Shown: positions 7,799-16,210 of the stretch, one piece after another
Layout: the number at the start of each line of letters is the position of its first letter
Position numbering within the stretch: position 1 is the first letter of the stretch
Virus record (IMG/VR): IMGVR_UViG_3300025875_000774
Coordinates: 1 to 48,973 of that record
Source: a virus
Lineage: Duplodnaviria; Caudoviricetes
DNA length: 48,973 bases
Direction: 5' to 3' (one strand)
Translations under genes and position numbers: made by a program
The notes under the pieces: model-generated
The model's input: the letters and a program-made list of their open reading frames with translations, nothing else
Told to the model about the DNA's origin: nothing
Database searches by the model: none

Positions 7799-10287
7799 CC
7801 AGCGCCTACGAGGCCGCCAGTGGCGGTCCGTACACCCACGCTGCGGACCTGTACTGGAACGCCGGCTGGCGAGGTGTTCTGCCCCTGCCCGTGCGCGCCA
7901 AGAAGTCACCCCCGACCGGATGGACCGGAGCCAGCGCGCCCTGGCCGTCCTACCCCGACCTCATGGCGTGGAGTGAGTCAGAGGCCGGGAACATCGCCCT
8001 GCGGATGCCCCACCACGTCATCGGCATCGACGTCGACCAGTACGACGGGAAGACCGGCGGGGACACCCTCAGTGCTCTCGAGCGAGCCTTCGGAGCCCTG
8101 CCCGCCACCTGGCGCACTACCAGCCGCGACGACGGCGTGTCAGGCATCCGCCTCTACCGTGTGCCCGAGGGCGCTGCATGGCCCGGTGACCTCGGCGCCG
8201 GCATCGAAGTCATCCAGTGGCGCCACCGATACGCCCTCGTGTGGCCCTCGCTGCACCCCGAAGGCCGCACCTACCGGTGGGTCACCCCCGACGGCACCCC
8301 GGCCATCAACGTAGTGCCCTCCCCCGACGACCTACCTGACCTTCCGCAGGCGTGGATCGACGGGCTCACGTCAGGGCGCAGCGAGGCCGGCATCGTCAAG
8401 GGCCAGGTCTCCACTGCCGCGGCACGCAGCTGGCTGACCGCCCTGCCCGATGGACCCGCCTGCCGTGAGACCCGCCGAGCCCTCGAGCGCTACCGCAAAG
8501 ACCTCACGGAGTCAGGGCGCTCCCGCCACGAGGTGGCTCTCACCGCCGTCATGCGCCTGGTGCGACTGGCTGCTGAAGGCCATGACGGCACACCGTCCGC
8601 CCTTCTCGCCTTCCGCGACGCCTGGACCGCGTCACTCGCCGGCAGTCGCAGCAACGAAGAGGCCGACTCTGAGTGGGCGCGACTGGTCGAAGGGGCCATC
8701 GCCGTCGTCCATGACACACCCGTCGCCACCTCCGACCCGTGCATCAACCCCTTCGCAGGGCTCATCAAGGAGAGCTCATGGCCCAGCCCGCAGACCTCCC
8801 CGTCCCCGGGCGTCGCCAGCCCTGGCGTGAACGCCTCGCCGAGCATCCCGACGCAGGGTCGGGCGGAGGCATCGTCTGCGTCGCGATCGGCCACGCCTGG
8901 CGAGACGTCCCCGCCTGGGGCGTCTGGACCTGCCGGCGCTGCTACATCAGCCAGCCACGACCTCCCGCCTGAAGGCGGCCTGACCACCCGCACGAGCTGG
9001 TGGCCCAAGGACCTCGAAGGCGTCCTGTCCGGCGCCGTCACCGAACCTGGCCCCACCCACCTTGTCCGCACCGACGGCCAGGCCCTGTTCTACGCCGGCA
9101 AGACCAACGGGATCATCGGCGAGAGCGAGTCGGGCAAGACGTTCGTGGCCGTCCTAGCGGTCCTGCAGGCGATGGCCGACCACGTCCCGGTCACCTTCGT
9201 GGACTTCGAGGACACCGCGGCTGGCGTCGTCACCCGCCTACGGGACTCCGGCGCGAGCGACGACCAGCTGCGCACTCTGTTCTCCTACATCGGTCCGGAC
9301 GAGTCCCTCGACGCCCTCGCGACCGGAGACCTGCAGGAGCACCTACTCACCGCCGCTCCCGGGCTGATCGTCCTGGACGGCGTGAACGCGGCCATGACCC
9401 TGCTCGGGCTGGACCTGAACTCCAACACCGACGCCACCGCCTTCGCCCAGCGCCTGCTGCGCCCCCTGGCGACCACCGGGGCCTGCGTCATCTACATCGA
9501 CCACGTGCCCAAGTCCAAGGACAACGAGACCAAGGGCGGCATCGGCGCCCAGGCCAAGCGCGCCATGACCACCGGCTGCACCCTGCGCGCCGACGTCGTC
9601 AAGCCCTTCGGCCGCGGCCAGAGCGGCAAGCTGCGACTGACTGTCGACAAGGACCGCCCCGGTCACGTCCGCGGGGCCTCCGGAGGGGCCAAGGTCGCCG
9701 GCACCGCCGTCCTGACCTCCGACGCCGTCAACGGCACCATCGCGCTGTCCGTGGAGCCCCCGGAAGGCCGAACGAACGAGAGCGGCGAGAGGCAGCCATT
9801 CCGCCCCACGCAGCTCATGGAAAAGGTCTCCGCGTTCTTGGCGAACATTCCTGACGGGGCGACCACCAAGGCCATCGAAACCGAGGTCTACGGAAACGCC
9901 TCCGCCATTCGCGCGGCTATCGCGCGGCTGGTCGAAGAGGGTTACGTGCGACGCCAGGGAGGGGCCCGAGGCAGCCTCGTCCACCACCACATCAAGCCCT
10001 ACAGCGACGTCATCGACCTCGTCTCCAGCCCACCTCGTCCGACCTCGTCCGACCTCGTCTCCACGTCGTCCGGACGAGGTGGCGAGAGCCGTCCGACGAC
10101 CTCGTCCACCTCGTCCCCCCCCTACGGGGACGAGGACGAGGTCAGTCCGGCTCGTGGGGTCGTCTCGACGCTCGACCTCGTCCGGGTCGGAACCGAAGGC
10201 GAGATCTACGCCTGCCACGGCTGCGGCGAGGTCACTGAGCGCTCCGATCTCTACGCCGGGCTGTGCAAGACCTGCAGGAGGGCGTGA
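7795..10287 (+). CDS. Bifunctional primase-polymerase fused to AAA/RecA-like helicase, C-terminal Zn finger
   Basis: GNIALRM..VIGIDVD prim-pol motif; Walker A GESESGKT; Walker B LIVLDG; CHGC..CKTC; ATG overlaps resolvase stop. Confidence 0.88.
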   Translation: MTSAYEAASGGPYTHAADLYWNAGWRGVLPLPVRAKKSPPTGWTGASAPWPSYPDLMAWSESEAGNIALRMPHHVIGIDVDQYDGKTGGDTLSALERAFGALPATWRTTSRDDGVSGIRLYRVPEGAAWPGDLGAGIEVIQWRHRYALVWPSLHPEGRTYRWVTPDGTPAINVVPSPDDLPDLPQAWIDGLTSGRSEAGIVKGQVSTAAARSWLTALPDGPACRETRRALERYRKDLTESGRSRHEVALTAVMRLVRLAAEGHDGTPSALLAFRDAWTASLAGSRSNEEADSEWARLVEGAIAVVHDTPVATSDPCINPFAGLIKESSWPSPQTSPSPGVASPGVNASPSIPTQGRAEASSASRSATPGETSPPGASGPAGAATSASHDLPPEGGLTTRTSWWPKDLEGVLSGAVTEPGPTHLVRTDGQALFYAGKTNGIIGESESGKTFVAVLAVLQAMADHVPVTFVDFEDTAAGVVTRLRDSGASDDQLRTLFSYIGPDESLDALATGDLQEHLLTAAPGLIVLDGVNAAMTLLGLDLNSNTDATAFAQRLLRPLATTGACVIYIDHVPKSKDNETKGGIGAQAKRAMTTGCTLRADVVKPFGRGQSGKLRLTVDKDRPGHVRGASGGAKVAGTAVLTSDAVNGTIALSVEPPEGRTNESGERQPFRPTQLMEKVSAFLANIPDGATTKAIETEVYGNASAIRAAIARLVEEGYVRRQGGARGSLVHHHIKPYSDVIDLVSSPPRPTSSDLVSTSSGRGGESRPTTSSTSSPPYGDEDEVSPARGVVSTLDLVRVGTEGEIYACHGCGEVTERSDLYAGLCKTCRRA
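8778..8972 (+). CDS. Candidate nested (alternate-frame) small Zn-binding protein
   Basis: AAGGAG RBS 5 nt before ATG; CVAIGHAW...WTCRRC motif; overlaps low-complexity linker of primase-helicase. Confidence 0.55.
   Translation: MAQPADLPVPGRRQPWRERLAEHPDAGSGGGIVCVAIGHAWRDVPAWGVWTCRRCYISQPRPPA
10016..10182. repeat. ACCTCGTC iteron-like cluster (candidate replication origin)
   Basis: Seven direct copies and three inverted GACGAGG(T) copies in about 170 bp. Confidence 0.65.
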
Positions 10288-10712
10288 TGACTGCCAAGCC
10301 TTTTAATGTCGAGGCGCACATGCGTTCCACCGGCGCCTGGAATGAGGACGGCGTTTCCCGCACCGCCCGCGGGCGTCACTGCAAGAACTGCGGGCGTGTG
10401 GTCATCGCGGGACTTGACGCCGACCGTTGCGCCATTCCCGCAATAGCGGATCCATTCATTCTCGACGCGGCGGGCGAGCTCGCAGCCGTCCTGACCGGGC
10501 GAGCCACCTACCGGCTGCTGTGGGCCGGCGGGCGCTACGAGCTGGACGCCCGCGACCAGTTCCACATTGCCGGGTCCAAGCCCGGTGCCCGCGACGGCCT
10601 CGGCCGCCCCGTGGAGGTGTTAGCGAGCCACGTGTGTGGCCGCCCGCTCGGCTCGGCGCCGCTGTCCTGGCCCACCACCGCGAAGGAGGCGAGTGATGTC
10701 CCGCCGTTCTGA
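10287..10712 (+). CDS. Hypothetical Zn-binding phage protein
   Basis: CKNCG...HVC; TGATG coupling. Confidence 0.65.
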   Translation: MTAKPFNVEAHMRSTGAWNEDGVSRTARGRHCKNCGRVVIAGLDADRCAIPAIADPFILDAAGELAAVLTGRATYRLLWAGGRYELDARDQFHIAGSKPGARDGLGRPVEVLASHVCGRPLGSAPLSWPTTAKEASDVPPF

Positions 10713-10857
10713 GACCCAGCAGCCCACCAACCCCGAGCTGTACCGCGCGGCGTGCGACCTCGCCGACGACGGGACGCTCGCGGTCTACGGCAGCGACGGG
10801 GTGGAGTGGCTCGCGCGGCTGCGGCGCCAGGTCGCGGCGTGGGGGTGGGAGGCGTGA
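10696..10857 (+). CDS. Hypothetical protein
   Basis: AAGGAGG RBS. Confidence 0.55.
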   Translation: MSRRSETQQPTNPELYRAACDLADDGTLAVYGSDGVEWLARLRRQVAAWGWEA

Positions 10858-10895
10858 GCGCCACCCAGGAGGCCCTCCAGGGCACCCAGGAGCGA

Positions 10896-11132
10896 TCAGG
10901 ACTGCGCGGACGGCCCCGAGTCGGTCGGGGGCTCTGCGGGTCGCTCAGCGGCCTTGCGGGGGCGCGACGGCCGTTCGGGCAGCTTGGCGCCCGGTTCGCG
11001 CAGGTACCAGCGCATGAACGCACGCAGGGCGGTCGACCTGTCCACGCCGCTGGGCAGGGCCGCGCCGAAGGCGTCCCAGAGGTCACGCGCGATGCGCACG
11101 GCCTGTCGTTCGGTGCCTCGGCTGGGCGCCAC
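10896..11132 (-). CDS. Ribbon-helix-helix DNA-binding protein
   Basis: TERQAVRIARDLWDAF...DRSTALRAFMRWY; GGAGG RBS. Confidence 0.75.
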   Translation of the reverse strand: MAPSRGTERQAVRIARDLWDAFGAALPSGVDRSTALRAFMRWYLREPGAKLPERPSRPRKAAERPAEPPTDSGPSAQS

Positions 11133-11144
11133 CTTGCCTCCAAC

Positions 11145-11215
11145 GTGTCTCGACACGCCAAGCCTACTCAGGCTTGCAGTGTCTCGACACCCTCGGCTAG
11201 CGTGTGTCTCGACAC
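11145..11215. promoter_or_regulatory. Three identical GTGTCTCGACAC operators around promoter TTGCAG-N18-TAGCGT
   Basis: Exact copies at 11145, 11179 and 11204 in the divergent intergenic gap. Confidence 0.75.
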
Positions 11216-11239
11216 CGCGACCCGAATGGAGCAGTCCCT

Positions 11240-12029
11240 ATGCGCTCGATCCACCAGCCCGCTGCCCTCGCCACCGCGGCCGCCGGCTTTGTCGGCTCCG
11301 TCGTCGAGGCCGGCCGCGCGCCCGACGTCGTGCAGCTCGCCGACCTCGGCCCCCTCGCCCCGTGGGCGGCCCTGGCCCTCGTCGGATCGCGGGCGTTCGA
11401 CCGCCTCCGTGCCCGCGCCGTCGCGTCCCCCGGGCGGCCGGCCACCGACGCGCCCAAGCCCCGCGGCCGCCGCCGCGCGGGCGTCCCGATCAACGCCTGA
11501 CCCGAGTTCGACCGAGAGGACGCAGCGATGAGCGCCGAGACCGTCGAGACCTTCAAGCCAGGGGACGGCGTGGTCTACCGGCCGCACGACAACGCGCCCG
11601 CCGAGGACGGCACCGTCGTCCGCGCCAGCAGCGCGGGTGTCTTCGTCCGCTACCACGGCAGCGGGACGCCGAAGCTGACGCGCGCCGGCGACCTCGCTCA
11701 CGTTTTCCCCGAGCCCACCGCATGACCGCCACCCTCTTCCTCGCCCCCACCTTCGACCCGTGGGTCGACGCCCCCGACGCGGGTGTCCACCCCGACGACC
11801 TGCCCGACACGTGGGCGTCCGAGCCGCTGCCCGTGGAGACGTGCGTGTACGACCCCGAGGACGCGGCGGGCGACTGCCTGCGGGCCTGCCCGAAGCACCT
11901 CGACGCCGTCGACTGCGAGACCCAGCGATGACCGCCCTCCTGGCCCGCCTGCTGTCGCCCCGCCACGAGCCGTACGCCGAGCACGAGCAGGCGCGGCTGG
12001 CCCGCATCGACACCGGAGGCACCCGATGA
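11240..12029 (+). CDS. Four small hypothetical genes (11240-11500, 11528-11725, 11722-11931, 11928-12029)
   Basis: RBSs and ATGA coupling. Confidence 0.55.
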
Positions 12030-12370
12030 GCGACACCGGCCCCCGCACCGTGCTGGCCGAGGTCCGCGCCAGGACGGACGCCGCGACGCCCGGCCCGTGG
12101 GAGGCCGACGGGTGGGAGATCCACGCCGAGCCTGGTCACGTCTGGGTCGCCGAGTCATGCGACCTCGACGCGAAGGACGGTGGTGCCGCGAACGCCGCTT
12201 TCATCGCCCACGCCCGCGAGGACGTCCCGTTCCTGCTCGCCGAGCTGGCCCGCCGTGACGCCGCCCTGGAAGCGGTGCTGGAGGTCGCTCACCGCTGGGA
12301 CCACGTTGCGGCGGGCCGCCACATCCGGGAAGCCGTCGCCGCCGCCCTGGCCGCCGAGGCACAGCGATGA
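12026..12370 (+). CDS. Ead/Ea22-like phage protein
   Basis: AATPGPW...NAAFIAHAR motif. Confidence 0.6.
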   Translation: MSDTGPRTVLAEVRARTDAATPGPWEADGWEIHAEPGHVWVAESCDLDAKDGGAANAAFIAHAREDVPFLLAELARRDAALEAVLEVAHRWDHVAAGRHIREAVAAALAAEAQR

Positions 12371-12603
12371 GCGGGGAGCTGACCGGCCGCGAGGTCGTCA
12401 TCGTCCGGCGGACCCTCGTCGTCGAGTACGAAATCCCAGCCGAGCAGTACCGCCGCGAGGGCGAACCCCTGACGGTCGACAGCGTCGTCCGCTACGAGGG
12501 CGAGGACAGTGGCGACCCGTCGGTCTACCTCGACAACGACTCGGACGAGACGGTCGAGGTCCGCGTCTGGGACCCCGAGGCGAACCGCGAGGCCACGGCA
12601 TGA
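12367..12603 (+). CDS. Hypothetical acidic protein
   Basis: Coupled ORF. Confidence 0.55.
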   Translation: MSGELTGREVVIVRRTLVVEYEIPAEQYRREGEPLTVDSVVRYEGEDSGDPSVYLDNDSDETVEVRVWDPEANREATA

Positions 12604-13502
12604 CCGCCGTCGACCCGCTGGTGGTGCTGGCCGACCCCGCCACGGTGGAGCGGCTGGAGGCTATCGCGGACGCCCTGGACGGCTTCGCGGAGATGGGCTG
12701 GCCCTACAGCCGGGCCGCTGGCCTGCGCCTGTCGGAGTTCATGGTCACCGCGTCCGCTGACCTGCGCGCCGTGGTGGCCGCCCGGCTCACCCCGACGGCC
12801 GCGCCGGACGTGCGCGACCCCGCCGTGCACCGCTACGCCGAGCACCTGGACGACGGCGGGCGCGAGTCGTGCGCGGTCTGCCACCTCGGGCCGGAGCACC
12901 ATCAGGCCGCGCCGGAGTGCGATGGGCGCTGCACCACGGCGACCGACCTCGGGATACCCGAGTACGAGCCCTTGATGCACATGGACCCGGCGTGCTCCCT
13001 CCACGGGGAGGCCGCGCCGGACGGGGACGACGAGGCCGAGATGGACCGGCTGCTGGACGTGTTCTGGCGGGCCGCTGCGCCCGGCTACACGTCGGCGGAC
13101 CTCCTCCGCCCGGCCGGGAGCCTGCTCGTCGTACACGGGCTCCGCGCCGTCCTGGCCGCGCTGGACCGCCGTGGCGACCCCGACGCCGCTGTGGCCCGCT
13201 CGCGCTCTGAGGAGGTCATCGCTCTCGCGCGAGCGTTGTTCGAGGTGGGCCTGGAGTCGGTCGGCCCTGACGACCTCGACAACCACCAGCTCGCCGCGCG
13301 GCTCGTCCTGGCTGGGTGGCGACAGGGCGCCATCCCCGACGCCGTCCACCGCGCACGCCAGGAGGTGCTGGCCGACATCGTGCGCGCGGCCGAGGGGTCT
13401 GCGGGGCTGCACAGCGAGGACGTGGCGTGGCTTCGAGAGGCTGCCCGCCGCCTGGCCGCTGCCCCGCCTGCCGTGGCCGCCCCGGACGAGGAGGCGCGCT
13501 GA
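12600..13502 (+). CDS. Mosaic hypothetical protein with AAP(D/E)-bounded modules
   Basis: Coupled ORF; GGCCGCGCCGGA repeats in frame. Confidence 0.65.
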   Translation: MTAVDPLVVLADPATVERLEAIADALDGFAEMGWPYSRAAGLRLSEFMVTASADLRAVVAARLTPTAAPDVRDPAVHRYAEHLDDGGRESCAVCHLGPEHHQAAPECDGRCTTATDLGIPEYEPLMHMDPACSLHGEAAPDGDDEAEMDRLLDVFWRAAAPGYTSADLLRPAGSLLVVHGLRAVLAALDRRGDPDAAVARSRSEEVIALARALFEVGLESVGPDDLDNHQLAARLVLAGWRQGAIPDAVHRARQEVLADIVRAAEGSAGLHSEDVAWLREAARRLAAAPPAVAAPDEEAR

Positions 13503-13711
13503 TGGCCGGTGAGGGCTACCCGCAGGAGGAGTACCCGTACCGCCCGGAGGAGGTGCCGTGCCCTAAGTGCGAGGCGCTGGCCCAGGTTCGCTGCCGAACG
13601 CTGACGACTCGGCGGGTCACCGACTACCACGAGGCCCGCTGGAACGCGCTCGGCGCTGCGCAGCATGAGTACCGCCGGGCTCGGGACGCATGGCTGGAGG
13701 CGCACCCATGA
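13502..13711 (+). CDS. Small zinc-finger protein
   Basis: CPKCEA....C...H..R motif. Confidence 0.6.
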   Translation: MAGEGYPQEEYPYRPEEVPCPKCEALAQVRCRTLTTRRVTDYHEARWNALGAAQHEYRRARDAWLEAHP

Positions 13712-14692
13712 CCGCCCTCGCGTACCGCCCCGGGCACGCCGGCCGCTACGAATGGGCCCGCGACACCGGCGCCCACGAGACGACCGTGTGCATCGACCAC
13801 GAGGCCGCGTCGTGCCCCCTGGTGGCCGTGAAGCCCGCCCCGACGCCGGAGCCCACCGAGGTCGCGCCCGTCGACCGGGCCCTGCTGCGCGGCCCGTTCC
13901 AGGAGCAGCTCGTCGCCGTCGTCGTCCCCCACCTCGCGCGCCTGAAGCTGCCCGAGGGCAGCGCCGAAGCCTGGCGACTCGTTCAGGACGTGATCAGCCT
14001 CCTCAAGCCCGAGGTCCGCCGGCGCACCATCGCCGCCCTCGCCGACCGGGCCACCACCGAAGCCGAGGCCGCCGAACGCGACGGGCGGGAGCAGGAGGCG
14101 TGGGCGTGGTGGGACCGGAAGAACTGGCTCGTGGCCGTACGGGAGGAGCAGGGATGAGCGATGTTATTCAGCAGGCCACCGTGGCGGCCTTCCTGGCCGA
14201 CCGGCTGCACTGCCAGGTCGCCCGTGCTCGCGACCGGTGCTGGGGCATCTCCTCGGACGCACTGAGCCTCTACGGCGTGCGCGGCGGGCCGGAGCCCAGC
14301 CGAGGCCAGTACCCCGCCGACCGTGGCGACCTGGCGGCCTGCGAGCGGACCTACCTCATGGCTCCCGACGAGGTGCGTGAGCGCATGCTGCCGGTGCTGG
14401 AGAAGTACCGGGCGTACGTCGCCGAGCGGTGGGCGAAGTGACCGCCACCGACCCGCACGGCGTAGACCTCCCGTGGGAACTGCACTTCGACCGCGCCCGC
14501 GACCGCCTCGCCGCGAAGGACCCCGAGGAGACCGGCGCCGAGCGGTCCTTCCGGCACCTGGAGTTCCACACCGAGGCGCTGCTGGGGCTCATGGCGTGGG
14601 TCGAGGCCGTGGAAGCGCAGCCCGCGCCCGAGGCGGCACCGGAGTACGTGCCGACGCGGTGGGAACGGCTCGTGAGGGCGTGGCAGGGGTGA
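13708..14692 (+). CDS. Three coupled hypothetical genes (13708-14157, 14154-14441, 14438-14692)
   Basis: ATGA/GTGA overlaps. Confidence 0.55.
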
Positions 14693-15147
14693 GCGGCGAC
14701 TGGGACGTCCACCTCGCCCGCGCGGCAGACTTCGCGCGCATGGCTCATGAGGGCCAGGTCGACAAGGCGGGCCGCCCGTACATCGAGCACCCCGCCCGGG
14801 TCGCCGGACGCCTGCTCATGGGCGGCTACGGCGCCCCCTGCGTCGTCACCGCATGGCTACATGACGTGGTCGAGGACTGCGACGTGAGCCTTGAGGGGCT
14901 GGCGGTTGCAGGCTTCCCCGCCGAGGTCGTTGAGGCCGTGGACGCACTGACCAGGCGCGGCGGCGAGACGTACAGGGACGCTGTGCGCCGAGCGGCAGCG
15001 AACCCCATCGCCCGAGTCGTCAAGATCGCGGACAACCTCGACAACTCTGACGAGGGCCGACTGGCACTCCTGCCCGATGACACGGCCCGGCGACTGCGCG
15101 CCAAGTACCGCAAGGCGATGGGCGCGCTCCTGGGGGCGACCGCATGA
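14689..15147 (+). CDS. HD-domain hydrolase, SpoT/Mesh1-like (small alarmone hydrolase family)
   Basis: AHEGQVDKAGRPYIEHP, LHDVVED, VKIADNLDN. Confidence 0.82.
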   Translation: MSGDWDVHLARAADFARMAHEGQVDKAGRPYIEHPARVAGRLLMGGYGAPCVVTAWLHDVVEDCDVSLEGLAVAGFPAEVVEAVDALTRRGGETYRDAVRRAAANPIARVVKIADNLDNSDEGRLALLPDDTARRLRAKYRKAMGALLGATA

Positions 15148-15881
15148 GGCACCTCGACGAGCTGGAGCAGCGGACGTTCGTCCTCCTCGGCTTCTACGAA
15201 CGCCAGCAGATGAGCCGCGCCGCCCTCCTCGAGCAACTGTGGCAGGAGGTGTGGTCCGTCAACCCCGGCCACATCGACCTGGAGACGTGGAACACCGCGT
15301 TGGACGACCAGGCGGGGCTGGTGCTGGCTCAGTTTGACGATGCCGTCCAGGAAACCCGGACGTGGTTGAGCGAGGAGTGCGACTGGTGCACCGCCGCGGA
15401 CACCTGCCTGCGGCACCGGCAGAACCTCGGCGCCTGGTGGGACTCGCGCCAGGATTTCGCGCACTTCCTGGCAGTCGACGTGCCCGAGCGGGCACGGAAG
15501 CAGTTGGCGGCGGAGGTGGCGAGGTGAGCGGCTGGGGAGGGCCGTGTCGCAAGTGCGGACACCCCGCCACGTACCACGGCATGACGTTCTGCACCGTCCG
15601 CGCAGGGTCGGGCGCAGAGGCGTCCCGACCGCAGTGCGACTGCGACGGCTGGGCAGACGGGAGCCCGACGTGACCCGCCCCTACCCGACCGCCGAGCCCC
15701 TGGGGCTGCGCGTGCGGCACCTGCTCGCCCTCGCAGTGGTCCTCGCTGGCGCCGCGTGGGTCGGTTCGCACTGGGGGCTCGGATGAGCGCCAACTGGCCG
15801 AAGCGGTTCGCCGCATGCGTCCTCGCGCTGGCCGTCTGCCTGGTCGGTGGCATCGCTCTCGCCTCGGAGGTCCTGCGATGA
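15144..15881 (+). CDS. Four small coupled genes (15144-15527, 15524-15673 Cys-rich, 15670-15786 and 15783-15881 hydrophobic)
   Basis: Overlapping start/stop codons. Confidence 0.5.
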
Positions 15882-16210
15882 GCGCCCGCTACCGCATCCG
15901 GCGCCAGGGCCCCTGGTGGCAGTGGACCGACACCACGACGGGTGACCAGATGCTCTGCCAGACGTGGGCGCATGCCATCGAGGAGTGCTCGCTGCCGGTC
16001 ATCGAGCCCGTCCCCGAGGTGCCCGTGGCTGACGACTTGGTGTCCCCCGGCTACGCCGCGCGGCTGCTCGGGGTCAGCACCGTCACTCTCGTCAACTGGT
16101 CCGACGCGGGTCGGCTGCACCCCGTCAGGCCGCCGGGAGGCCACCGCCGCTACCGACGCCGCGAGGTCGTCGGGCTGGCCATGGAACTACGGCGAGGGGA
16201 GGTCTCGTGA
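15878..16210 (+). CDS. MerR/BldC-like HTH protein with N-terminal extension
   Basis: LVSPGYAARLLGVSTVTLVNWSDAGRL..VRPPGGHRRY. Confidence 0.75.
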   Translation: MSARYRIRRQGPWWQWTDTTTGDQMLCQTWAHAIEECSLPVIEPVPEVPVADDLVSPGYAARLLGVSTVTLVNWSDAGRLHPVRPPGGHRRYRRREVVGLAMELRRGEVS

